The notes under the pieces were generated by a model. That model did not search any database. It saw only the letters and a program-made list of their open reading frames with translations, and was not told the origin of the DNA. Positions 1 to 12,850 of a DNA stretch of 64,000 nucleotides are shown piece after piece. The stretch's first letter is position 1, and each line of letters begins with the position of its first letter. The stretch comes from Octopus sinensis (lineage: Eukaryota). Position numbers and translations under genes: made by a program. The DNA is taken from the NCBI RefSeq assembly GCF_006345805.1, contig NC_042997.1:175150001-175214000 (forward strand). The letters are read 5' to 3'.

Positions 1-572
1 AATATGAACAAATAAACAGTGTATTTCAACTCTAAATAAACTCAGTGTGTAAAACAGAATAGTGTGATAGAAAACATACAGTATATTACGCAGTTTACTC
101 TAATACACATTTTGTCAAAGAATTATATTCCGAACAAATTGGACAACTGCTAGGAATCGTGTCCACTTAAAGACAAACACAACTTTTCACTATGGAGAAT
201 GAACCGACAAGGGAGCTTCCACGTCATCCCTCACCATGTTAAAAATAGCAACCACATCTCCCTCAAATCGCACGTTATTATCATTGAAGTAAGAAAGATA
301 CTTTGATAATGTAGTCCTAAATATACTATGCCTGAAAATAAGATCAATGGTTACCGCTGGATTGTCGTTAATCATAAGATTTGCTTGCTCATGGCTGATC
401 GCGGATTAAATAACAACAACAAAGCTGCACAGACAAATTCTTTTCGATTTTCTTCTTGATTCTGTTATTATGTCTGCTACACTTCTATCCTTTCCTCATT
501 GTTAGAAACTGTGCTGTAGCTGGGACATTTTATTGCCCTTTTAACATATTCATAGGCATTTGGGGATTAATT

Positions 573-999
573 GCATCTTTTCGGTTTGAACGGCAGTTTT
601 TAACATAATTTCTAGGTAACTAAAAGATTTTAAACTTCGTATAATGGTAGAATGTGTTCATAAAACATCTTTTTCTCTTGGCTTTATCGAGAAAATTCTA
701 TAGTTAGTAAGATATTTGTTGTTGTTTTTTCTTCAATTTCTGCAATTTCAACCAATCACTGACGTCTATTGAGGTAAAAAAACATTCTGTGCCGTATGAA
801 TATGTCCCTCGTTTAAGAAACAGATTGGGTTTATTTACATTTCTGAAGAAAAAAAACGCCCTTCCCCCCACCCCTAACCTTAACTAACCCTGACCCTAAA
901 ATAGATTGAAAGCAATAGATCGATACTAGGGTCATAATTATGGGTGACAATTTCATATGACACGGCTAGAAAAAAATGCCGTTCAAACCGAAAAGACCC
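573..999. mobile_element. MITE (427 bp) with about 20-bp TIRs and an 8-bp TSD
   Basis: TCTTTTCGGTTTGAACGGCA at 576-595 is the reverse complement of 977-996. GATTAATT flanks both ends (565-572, 1000-1007). No coding capacity; superfamily not determined. Confidence 0.8.
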
Positions 1000-1686
1000 G
1001 ATTAATTCAATAATTACATTATCGAGCTGCTTCTCCTGCTGCTGTTATTATTGCGGTGGTCTGACCCTAATTCAGCTCTGATAGAACAACTATTGGATGT
1101 TCCAGCTTTAATTATCCCATTTTTTATTGTATTTTTGTTTCAGGCACAAAATATTTAGGAGCTTTCCTTCATTTTAAGCAGAGTGGAGAAGACTTAATCC
1201 ATCGCATAGTTTAATATCTCCAGTTGATCATTTTGTGTTTTTTAGCAAAACACTTTGTTGCAAGCGTTCAGGTCTGGGCTTCAGTCTGAGCATAATTCCG
1301 TTCCTTCTTTGCACTAGTTTTGGAAACCATTGAAAAAGGCATGTTTGATGCCTTTCTTCCTTGAATACTCATTCAGAGAGGGGGAAAATAAAAATGATAA
1401 GGTGTGATTTGAGATAGATTTTTTTCTTGTTTTTAGTGAGTAGACCGACCACATAACACTTACATCTCCGGCTTGCTATTTTGTTGTTTGATTTTATCAC
1501 TGATGTTACTGATGTTGTTTCAAACTGTGCTCAATAACGGGGGCAAAGCGCCTTCAGGTGGCTTTAGTTACACAATAAAATCACTTCCAACAAAAGATAA
1601 TGGATGGTGTTACTAGCAATGTTCACAGCTTTACTACAGTTCTTTTGTCTGGTTCTATTTCCTTCCCTCTATCTACCTACATATAT

Positions 1687-1826
1687 TTCTCTCTCTCTCT
1701 CTCTCCCTCTCCCTATCTTACTCTCTCCCTCCCTCTCTCTCTCTTTCTCTCCCCCTCTCTCTTTCCCCCTCTCGCTCTCTCTTTCTCTCTCCCCTCTCTC
1801 TCTTTTTCTTTCACTCTCCCTCTCTC
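1687..1826. repeat. (CT)n-rich microsatellite
   Basis: Direct reading; explains the SL/LS ORFs at 1600-1894. Confidence 0.95.
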
Positions 1827-2390
1827 ACACACCAAATCTTGCCATCTTTCTCTGTATCCATTTTAACGCAAAAAAAACTCTTGCCAAGAAGTAGCCAATT
1901 TAATTTTGGAATGGTTTGGCGAATGTCTGCCAAATACCATTTCGTATAAGATGAAAATTAAACGGTAGTTCGTCCACACTAAGTATCGATTATAGCTGTC
2001 GATTAATATTTGTATCAAAGTTTCTACATTGCCGCTTTAGAATTGGAAATGTCATTTCATCTGATCAGAAAACAGAAGAAAAGATAAGAAATCATTATCA
2101 ATTAAACGAAGAACCAGAGCCTGCGGGAGAAATTTGGCAAGTAGATCAAGACTATTTTTGGATCTCTAAAGAACCAGAAATTTCAAGGTGAGACAGACAA
2201 AGAGAAATAACTCAACAAAAGATAGTCACGGGGCTCACTGTATCTCTACGGTCCCGGACGGACGTACAAACTGACCTCCATCTCTCATAGGACATACTGA
2301 GAACAATTAGAATCGCCAAGATTGTAGAGCCATTTACAAAATACGTTAGAGATTTTACTTTGGTCATGTTCGGTTACAACATCAGTAACA

Positions 2391-3001
2391 GTGGAGGCGC
2401 TATGGCCCAGTGGTTAGGGCAGCGGGCTCGCGGTCGTAAGAGTGCGGTTTCGATTCCCAGACCGGGCATTGTGAGTGTTTATTGAGCAAAAACACTTAAG
2501 CTCCACAATGCTCCGGCGGGTGGTGGGGGTGAACCCCGCTATACTCTTTCACCACAACTTTCTCTCACTCTCTCTTCCTCCTTCTGCTACAAAGCAGAGG
2601 AACCATGGTGTAACACACTATGGAGTGGTAAACTTTCAGACCCTAGTCTAGATTGCGAATCCTCTGTACCCCAGGATGGTTCAGCTCTCCACTCGTCAAA
2701 AAGCCACCGTTTTTGGAATCAGGATAACAACGTAGCTTTCGCGCCCGTGCAACCGCCGGTCTATCGCGTGTGGTGGGTGGATCTTCAAGTTGCCACACGC
2801 ACTCTTAGTAGCTTTGAGTAGGCTCGAATTGGAGATTATTCTTTGTGGTTACTGGCATGAGTCCTGACTGAAAGAAGAAGAAGAAGGAGAAGAAGAAGAA
2901 GAAGAAGAAGAAGAAGAAGAAGAAGAAGAAGAAGAAGAAGAAGAAGAAGAAGAAGAAGAAGAAGAAGAAGAAGAAGAAGAAGAAGAAGAAGAAGAAGAAG
3001 A
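2391..3001 (+). mobile_element. tRNA-derived SINE: head A + tail X + (GAA)n
   Basis: A box TGGCCCAGTGG and B box GGTTTCGATTCC, a ~290-bp tail shared with 9327-9826 and 26926-27389, then (GAA)n. 13-bp TSD AACATCAGTAACA at 2378-2390 and 3002-3014. Confidence 0.9.
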
Positions 3002-3214
3002 AACATCAGTAACATCAGCAACAAAATCAACTTCTTCATTCCTCTGAAAGCTAGTCAAAAAAAGTACCAGTAATATACTGCGATCAAAAGTTTATCCACC
3101 ATAATTCTTGGCTTGAGCAATTCGATAGCTTGCTTGTATTTGAAAGAAATAGTTATTAATCAGTGTTATGCTACACTAAGGAATGTTCAGCAAACTGAAT
3201 CAAATCTAAGAAAT

Positions 3215-3220
3215 CACTAT

Positions 3221-3270
<50 letters not shown>

Positions 3271-3299
3271 TAACTACTACTACTACTTCTACTACTGCT

Positions 3300-3344
<45 letters not shown>

Positions 3345-3590
3345 CATGATGCTGATGATCATGATACTATTGTTACTACTACTACTACTACTACCACTAT
3401 TGCTGCTACTTCTACTACTACTTCTACTGCTGTTACAACCACTGCCACTGCTACTACCACCAATTCTACTGCGACCACCACCACTCCTGCTACTACTACT
3501 ACTATTACTACTACTACTACTACTGCTGCTGCTACTACTGCTGATGATGATGATGATGATGATAATGATGATGATGATGCTATCGAAAAA
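3215..3590. repeat. Compound trinucleotide microsatellite (CTA/CTG/GAT)n
   Basis: Direct reading. Confidence 0.95.
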
Positions 3591-6172
3591 TAATATTAAT
3601 GTAATTTCATCTCAGAATTGCTTTAAATGTCGAGAAAGCTTCTTGAAGAAACAAAAAACAAATCTGAAAAGGAAAAAAAGAATTCAAAATGGAGTCCAGC
3701 CGCTTTTTAGAAGCGAGAAGCATTTATTTAGATAACCTATCCAAAGAGGGTAGAGTCAGTGAAAAGAATTTCTTAAGCCTACGCCCAACAATTATAAACA
3801 GATACTGTCTGTCTGTTTATACAACTTTGTGAAGCACATTCGTAACGCAATTCAAACAAGTCTTAGTATACCTTTCAAAGGAAAATATCGAATCTCGACA
3901 CAGTATTTGGTTTTGTTTCTCATTAAATAAAGATAGGACATAATGTGATTGTAAAGATAGCTTCTTTACAAGCTTGAAAGATTCAGTTTTTTTTTTGTTT
4001 TTTGTTTTTTACTTTGCCGTTTGTTTCATGACTTAACAAAGCTGTGTTTTCGAAAGTGACAAGCAACAATTAATGTTTTTTTATTTGCTTTAACTTGAAA
4101 CAAGTGCAGCTTATTTCGGAGCTGATATTAACTGATAATAAATTTTTATTGTTGTTTCTGTTGTTTAACACCAAGTTAGCCCACCACCCCTCCCACTCCA
4201 CCCCAACCCTTTAAACAGATCTTTGATAAAAAAAAAGACTTTCATTCATTACTCTCCTATCTCTTATACAGATACAATATATCTAGGTTTACATTATTTG
4301 ATTGTGTCTATACTTTTGATAAAAACATTAGGGTGAAATTTGAGAGCGATTTAGCGGTTACTTCTAGCAAGTCGAACGACCATGTACAGGCTCCCTCGTT
4401 GTCTCGTACACTGGTAAGAAGCTGTTATGGTGAGACTCATAGAGTAAAGGACAATTTTTGACAAGCTAACTAATGCTACATTACTTCGATTCTCGTTTGA
4501 ACTCATTTCATTTCATCTGTTCAATACATGGAGCATTAAAATGATAAGAAAACACTGAATACAATTATACAGCGAAGGAAAAAAAAGTATTAACAAATTG
4601 TTTTAATTATTAAAGCAAATAAGAGAGATAACTCTAAACGTGTTTCGATCTCGGTAGACCTCATCAACGAAACAGAGACTTCACTACTCCCCGAAGTATC
4701 GGTGAAAGAATCACAAATTAAACATACAAGAATATACATTGGTTGATTTTGAAAATATAATTATTTGACCCTATCAGCCCTGGCCAATGGTGAGATAACC
4801 CATGTTAGGCCCAGACGTCCACAGTCAATACTCGTTAAAAAGCATATTCTACAAACAGAAAGATTTATTGACAACAACATATAAAAACTTCGTCTCTCGT
4901 CTAAAATTCACAAATCTTCAGTTTATTTCTAGTATTGCACTTTGGTTTGTCGATCTCCCTTTTCTGTGGTACATTGTTTTCACTTTCAGTTCGTGAAATA
5001 ACTAGCATCGCCTTCTGTTTCATGTTTCAAAACTTTCATGCCTGTCAGCTGATTCAATTTTGCCTTTGAAGTACATGAGATTGAAATCCAATTCATTCTA
5101 ATTTCTGCAAGACTTCTGCAGTAGTGAACATCCTCGGCCTTTGCCTTTTCCCCTCCAGACGTTCCTGATTGCAATGAACTTTACATCATGGTCAAAATAA
5201 AGCAGAAACATCATTCTAAAGAATGCCTTACTCTCGAGTAGAGATCTGTAAAGAATCTAGTATTGCAGGGACAAGAGATCTTTATTTTGACTGGCTGATT
5301 TCTTTTTAGTTTGACTTTGTTTTTACAAGGATTTCCCTCATTCTCACTGTATTGATAATTCGGCAGAATGTCAAATCTGAAATTCCCAGCATATCAGGGA
5401 TACGACCTAACAAGGTTAAAGAATAAAAGCTTAGGGTTGCCATCTTATTCAAAGAATCTATTGCATCCAATTCACTTTTCATTTTGATCGCTATCTTTCT
5501 GAAGAACTCTAAAGTTACACTATAACATTTTGTTTTCCTAATGATCTAAATTTTGCAGGGATGGAGGTGCATATTTAAAAAGAAATCTGTTATGAAGATG
5601 ACATTTAACTTTACTCACCATATACTGGTGTAAAATGCAAAAAAATCTAATACAAAATATCTGGGTCAAAATTATAGGGTAATCTTTATATTTAAGAAAG
5701 GGGAAAAAAAGAGAATAACATATATTATTAATATTTAGTTATAAAAAGTGAGGATCACATTATATTCGACATCACATTATACTCGAGTAAACTACAGTAC
5801 ATAGTTCAGAAATCTGTTGAACATAGGAGCTAAGTTTCACTCAGATCACATCTTAAAGTCTTAAGAAAAAGGTGAGATACATTTGATAATATAATTCAAG
5901 ACAGACTATATCTGAAAATAAGGCGAGATTCTTATGGCTAGACGTAGGTTTGTTCGATCAGAGCTAGCATGAGACAAGACAACAACAGCAACGAAGAATG
6001 GCAATAATGTCATGCAATCTAATTTCCACTCACATAAATCTGAGGTTCTGTGTTAATAACAAGTCTTATAGAATTCTATCACTGTACAATAAGAGACGGG
6101 AATAGAAAAATATTCGAAGATTTATTGCACTGATGCACTATAAAAAGCGAACCTTGCATTTATAGACGTCTT

Positions 6173-6486
<314 letters not shown>

Positions 6487-7184
6487 CGTGTAAAGATGGA
6501 AATCAAAAATAAGCTGAGCGATAATGGATTAAAATCACACCACCGATTTCTTGATCATAGACTTATTTTGGTCATTGGTACGTTGCAATATGAAATTATT
6601 GAAATATAATTGTATTATTTACAATGAAGAAAAAGAATCGCTATAAATGTTAATCTCAGATAAATGACAATATCTTAACGTATAAATTATGCCTATGGAT
6701 TTTGAAACTTCATTTCATCTATCTCACACTTTAATTCATAAAGATATTCAGTTTATATTTTCTCTTAAACTAATTTCATTTACATGAATTTAAATGTATC
6801 TGGAAATTTTCTACTCAGTTTTTCTTAGTTCTAGATTGCTACGGTAATCCCAGTATGTACGCTCGCGCGCGTGTGTCTGCTTTTTAAGGCAAGCGAGATA
6901 AATGCATTCTTCTGATTATTGCTTTCATTTGAAAATACGTGCTATTGAACCCACTGTTAATAATATTAAACAATGAATGGATCTACTTCCTACAGTAAAT
7001 TGGTCCATGTGCCTTAATTTACTGAGAAGAAAAGCTATTGGAATTAAATAAAAATACATAGATAAAATACGATTTCAAATTGATTGTTAAACTTGCTATG
7101 ACATAACTGAATATGGAAGAAAAGATTTCTACACTGTAACACTAAAGCAAAACGGATGGACCAATCAAGATAATTTCCAGTTAC

Positions 7185-7285
7185 CTCGAGAAACAATCTC
7201 GTGATCTGACAAGCAACATAGACGCCAGTAAAGTTTTCGTTTCTCCAATGATATCTTCCTCTGCGATTTTCACAAAAACGTCTAT
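7185..7285 (-). CDS. Candidate internal exon (101 nt) of an unidentified gene
   Basis: Acceptor ccatttacag| and donor GAG|gtaact on the minus strand. Two frames are open (DRRFCENRRGRYHWRNENFTGVYVACQITRLFLE or IDVFVKIAEEDIIGETKTLLASMLLVRSRDCFSR). No homology recognised. Confidence 0.3.
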
Positions 7286-7399
7286 CTGTAAATGGATCAT
7301 TCCACTTAAATGTAAACAGGTAAAAGTTCATTGCTGTAAACAGTAAGGGTAAAATGCAATCGATATGGTAGCAATGATTGTACAATACAACTGATATAA

Positions 7400-8747
7400 G
7401 TACAAATAACGGCTACATACGTACAAATAACGGCTACATACGTACAAAAAACGGTTACATACGTACAAATTACGGTTACATACGTACAAAAAACGGTTAC
7501 ATACGTACAAATTACGGCTACATACGTACAAATAACGGTTACATACGTACAAAAAACGGTTACATACGTACAAATAACGGTTACATACGTTCAAATAACG
7601 GTTACATATGTACAAATTACGGTTACATATGTACAAATAACGGTTGCATACGTACAAATAACGGTTACATACGTACAAATAACGGTTGCATACGTACAAA
7701 TAACGGTTGCATACGTACAAATAACGGTTACATATGTACAAATTACGGTTACATACGTACAAATAACGGCTACATACGTACAAATAACGGCTACATACGT
7801 ACAAATAACGGTTGCATACGTACAAATTATGGTTACATACGTACAAATAACGGTTACATACGTACATATAACGGCTACATACGTACAAATAACGGTTACA
7901 TACGTACAAATAACGGCTACATACGTACAAATAACGGCTACATACGTACAAATAACGGCTACATACGTACAAAAAACGGTTACATACGTACATATAACGG
8001 CTACATACGTACAAAAAACGGTTACATACGTACAAATAACGGTTACATATGTACAAATTACGGTTACATATGTACAAATAACGGTTGCATACGTACAAAT
8101 AACGGTTACATACGTACAAATAACGGTTACATATGTACAAATTACGGTTACATACGTACAAATAACGGTTACATACGTACAAATAACGGTTACATACGTA
8201 CAAATAACGGCTACATACGTACAAATAACGGTTACATACGTACAAATTACGGTTACATTGTACAAATTACGGTTACATACGTACAAATAACGGCTATATA
8301 CGTACAAATAACGGCTACATACGTACAAATAACGGTTACATACGTACAAATAACGGTTACATACGTACAAATAACGGCTACATACGTACAAATAACGGTT
8401 GCATACGTACAAATTACGGTTACATACGTACAAATAACGGTTACATAGTACAAATAACGGCTACATACGTACAAATAACGGTTACATACGTTCAAATAAC
8501 GGTTACATATGTACAAATTACGGTTACATACGTACAAATAACGGTTGCCTACGTACAAATAACGGTTACATACGTACAAATAACGGTTACATACGTACAA
8601 ATAACGGTTACATACGTACAAATAACGGTTGCATACGTACAAATAACGGTTACATACGTACAAATAACGGTTACATACATACAAATTACGGTTACATACG
8701 TACAAATAACGGCTACATACGTACAAATAACGGTTACATACGTACAA
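7400..8747. repeat. 21-bp minisatellite, about 64 units (GTACAAATAACGGTTACATAC)
   Basis: Head-to-tail units with point variants and two 1-nt deletions (near 8258 and 8448). No unique spacers. Confidence 0.97.
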
Positions 8748-9008
8748 ACATTTGTACTTATGTAGCTGCTATTTCAAACAAATCGAACGAGAAACAGAAA
8801 CGGAAGGAAGATTAGACTTAAATTCAATAAAACTGTGAGTCAAGGTGTTCCAGCTGTTAAACAATATGTCTTTCCAGTTTTGAAACGGTGAAGAGTGATT
8901 TAAAGGACATTTGGTTCAAATTTATTAACAGGTCAAGCGACCACACAAAGGCCCACTAGATGCTTCGAATCGTGTTAGTATCGTTGCTGCAGTAGCTGTA
9001 GCTGTAGC

Positions 9009-9053
<45 letters not shown>

Positions 9054-9098
9054 GTTGGTTGTTGTTGTTGTTGTTGTTGTTGTGTTGTTGTTGTTGTT

Positions 9099-9290
9099 GA
9101 GCAACAAGACGGGTAAGGGTGATTAGGTGATGGTCTAGGGCTTTAGGGGAGGGTGACCCTAGACCTTGGAAAAAAAAACTTTGGTCGTCTTGTTGTAGTC
9201 GAGGGCTCTTCGTTGACGCCCGACACCACTGGGAGGTGGCCCTCGAAGTCGCTGGAAATGGAGATCTCCAGGTTCAAATTCTTGAACAGC
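9099..9290 (-). mobile_element. Short repeat W ending in GCTC(AAC)n, copy 1 (likely a LINE 3' end)
   Basis: Near-identical to 9936-10128. On the minus strand it ends in a (CAA)n tail, the same tail type as 27478-27798. Confidence 0.55.
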
Positions 9291-9326
9291 TGCTGCTGTA
9301 GCTGCTACTGTTGCTGCTGTTGCTGT

Positions 9327-9826
9327 TCTTCTTCTTCTTCCAATCAGGACTCACGCCATTAGCCACAAAGAATAATCTCTAATTCGAGCTTACTCTAAGC
9401 TACTAAGAGTGCGTGTGGCAACTTGAAGATCCACCCACCACACGTGATAGACTGGCGGTTGTACGGGCGCGAAAGCTACGTTGTTATTCTGATTCCGTAA
9501 ACGGTGGCTTTTTAACGGGTGGAGAGCTGAACCATCCTGGGGTACAGAGGATTCGCAATCTAGACTAGGGTCTGAAAGTTTACCACACCATAGTGTGTTA
9601 CACCATGGTTCCTCTGCTTTGTGGCAGAAGTAGAAAGAAAGAGTGAGAGAAAGTTGTGCTGAAAGAGTACAGCTAGGTTCACCAGTACCCCCCTCCTCTG
9701 CCGGAGCCTCGTGGAGCTTAAGTGTTTTTGCTCAATAAACACTCACAATGCCCAGTCTGGGAATCGAAACCTCGCTCTTACGACCGCGTGTCTGCTGCCC
9801 TAACCACTGGGCCATTGCGCCTCCAC
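9327..9826 (-). mobile_element. tRNA-derived SINE: head A + tail X + (GAA)n
   Basis: Reverse complement of the 2391-3001 element, including the GAGTCCTGATTG(GAA)n end. Confidence 0.9.
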
Positions 9827-9847
9827 TGCTATTGCTGCTGCTGCTGC

Positions 9848-9880
<33 letters not shown>

Positions 9881-9935
9881 CGCCGTCGACGTTGCTGCTG
9901 CTGCTGCTGCTGTTGTTGTTGTTGTTGTTGTTGTT

Positions 9936-10128
9936 AAGCAACAAGACGGGTAAGGTTGATTAGGTGATGGTCTAGAGATTAGGGGCGGGAGACCCCAGAC
10001 CTTGGGAAAAAGAAAAACTTTGGTCGTCTTGTTGTAGTTGAGGGCTCTTCGTTGACGCCCGACACCACTGGGAGGTGGCCCTCAAAGTCGCTGGAAATGG
10101 AGATCTCCAGGTCCAAATTCTTGGACGG
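9936..10128 (-). mobile_element. Short repeat W, copy 2
   Basis: Direct repeat of 9099-9290, again abutting (TTG)n. Confidence 0.55.
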
Positions 10129-10419
10129 CTGCTGCTGCTGCTATTGTTGTCGTTGTTGCAGTCGTTGTTGTTGCCGCTGATGATGATAAAGATGATGCTG
10201 GTGCTATTGTTGAACCCCGACCCACTGAGTGAGTAGACTTATGATCAAAGCTATTCCAGCGATGCCCATTCCGTTATTTTAGAAGTGCATCTTATTACAC
10301 ACGTTATAGTAAAGTTTAATAGAATTCGACAAATATTTGGCAAGTCGAACCTGCGCATAGAACAGATGTACTCATTCGTTGCCTCGGCTCGAAGAATCAT
10401 TTTGTTTAGGTGTTGGTGG

Positions 10420-10501
10420 TGGTGGTGGTGGCGACGGAGAGAGCAATTGCTACAACCACAACCATCATGACGATGACGACGACGACGACGACGATGATGA
10501 T

Positions 10502-10544
<43 letters not shown>

Positions 10545-10560
10545 CGATGACGATGATGAT

Positions 10561-10597
<37 letters not shown>

Positions 10598-10613
10598 CGA
10601 CGACGATGATGAT

Positions 10614-10653
<40 letters not shown>

Positions 10654-10870
10654 CGATGACGATGATGATAGTGGTGTTGGTGGTGGTCGTGGTGGTCGTT
10701 GTGTTGATGACGACGACAACGATCGCTACAACCACATCTACGACGATGGTGATGATGATGATGATGATGATAGGGAGGAGGGGGGAGATGGAGGATATGG
10801 AGGAGGGGGAGGAAGTGGAGGATGTGAAGGAGGAAGAAGACGGCGACAGCGACAACGACGCCCACAACCA
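10420..10870. repeat. (GAT/GAC/GGT/GGA)n compound microsatellite
   Basis: Direct reading; source of the poly-H/S/I/D/M ORFs. Confidence 0.95.
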
Positions 10871-11155
10871 CACACCCCCGAGCACAACGATAACTACAGC
10901 GGCAGTTGTGTGGTAAGAGGGGAAGGTTCAGCAAAGGGTTAGAGGCAAGCTTTTGAAAGTAAATAAATATCCTTTTACTCATTGATAACTCAGAACGCCC
11001 GCGGTTGATAGCAGTTTGTATATCGAAAGTGATAAGGGGAGATACAGCAGACAGAGTAGAGAGATATCTCCAATGAACTCTGATAAAAAAAAAAAATAAC
11101 GGTAAAAAATTTTTTAAAAAAATAAAAAAAATAATAAATAATAATAATAATAATA

Positions 11156-11189
<34 letters not shown>

Positions 11190-11778
11190 TAATAATAATA
11201 ATAATAATAACAATAATAATAAATAAATAGATAAATATCAATAAAATGGAGAATATAAAAGTAAACACTAAAATGGAGAATATAAAAGTAAACACTATAC
11301 TAAAATAACTTCCATTAAGGGTGAGGCTGTTCGTGGGTGGATCTTGCGGTATATATGAGTGGGTAGGTTGGTTATTCGTTCTAATGGCATTTTCGAAGTT
11401 GGTCTCTGCCAATTGGTAATAAGGATTAAAGGTAGAATCTGCTTTCTACTTAAAACTGATTCCTTTATACAAGTGACACGTTGCTAGAAGAAATGTTTTA
11501 CTTTTCGCTTTTTGGTTGGTTATTGTTGGGTTTTTTTTCTTTTGCTCTTAATTCTTTTTTTTTTTTTTTTTTTTTTTTACATTGGCTTTATTTTTATCAA
11601 AAAAGTGTTACTCCTCTCAGAACGATTTTATCGTTCGGATTTTCGAGATTTTTCAGTTACACGGACACTTGATATTACACTATTTTGTAATTGGTTACTA
11701 TGTGGGCGGGAGCTTACTCTGATAGACGCATGATTCTCTAAATCCATATCTTACACTACTCATTTGTATGTGTGTGTG

Positions 11779-12254
11779 TGTACGGAATGAGGCAATTGGG
11801 CGCTGCTGTATGGACGCTGGCGATTTGGCACAACACACTGGACATTCAGCCTGATTTAGTGAAAGTACCTTTATTGTTGTGGAGGCAAACACAAATGCAT
11901 GTGTGTGCGTGAATATCTATACAAACACGTACACACATATATATATATATGTGAGTGTGTTTGGTTGTGTGTGTTGTGTGTGTGTGTGTGTGTGTGCGCG
12001 CGTGCGTGCGTGTGTGTGTGTGTGTGTATGCGTGCGTGTGTGTATGTGTGTGTGTGTGTGTGTGTGTGGTGTACGGAATGAGGCAATTGGGCGCTGCTGT
12101 ATGGACGCTGACGATTTGGCACAACACACTGGACATTCAGCCTGATTTAGTGAAAGTACTTTTTGGTTGTAGAGGCAAACAAAAATGTATGTGTGTGTGT
12201 GAATATCTATACAAACACGTACACACATATATATATATATATGTGAGTGTGTTT

Positions 12255-12349
<95 letters not shown>
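11779..12349. repeat. Tandem dimer of a ~290-bp unit, each copy ending in (GT)n
   Basis: GTACGGAATGAGGCAATTGGGCGCTGCTG...GTGTTTGG occurs at about 11779 and 12070. Confidence 0.9.
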
Positions 12350-12351
<2 letters not shown>

Positions 12352-12850
12352 CGTTTTGAAAAATGTAATACAACCACTTTTACGTTTGAAAAGTGAGCCG
12401 CAAGGCCAAGGTCAGTTGAATTGGTGCACGCACAAACAATATGTAGAAAAGAAGCAGGGCCGCGGATAGACCCTGGCAAGTATGTTGAGAGCAATGGTAA
12501 TATGGTCAGTTGAATTGGAGCATTAACGAAGTAGGTGAAGTGAAAAATATTTCGGGTGTTATCTGACAAGACCGTTGAGAAAAATTTAAAACGAAAGGAG
12601 AGAGGTTGCAGCAAAACTGTTAAGAGGAATCAAAACAAAAAACATTGTTGTGTCTAGGAAGGGTCGTATTGCCTTAAATTTGTTTGAGTCATAAATAAAT
12701 GAGTTTAAAGAAATTAATTGGTAGATTGTAAGCAGAAGAAATTTAGAGAGAATGGAAACATAAAAATGATGAGAGAACTATCATATGTATTAAAGTGTTA
12801 CAACAAATGTATACTTATTTCAAAATAATATTTCTCTACATATATACATG

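Noticed and set aside
870-900. Interstitial telomeric (CCCTAA)n
   Set aside because: Only three or four degenerate units, and they are internal to a MITE.
2060-2190. Plus-strand exon-like frame (IRNHYQLNEEPEPAGEIWQVDQDYFWISKEPEIS) ending AAG|GTGAGA
   Set aside because: No convincing acceptor, partner exon or recognisable homology; it may be a TE remnant.
2582-2821. About 80-codon open frame in SINE tail X, open in two copies
   Set aside because: No ATG, and differences between copies are mostly non-synonymous, so there is no sign of coding constraint.
7400-8747. CRISPR array or reflectin-like repetitive protein
   Set aside because: There are no unique spacers or cas genes. The repeat peptides lack the Met/Asp-rich reflectin motif, and the long ORF has no ATG start.
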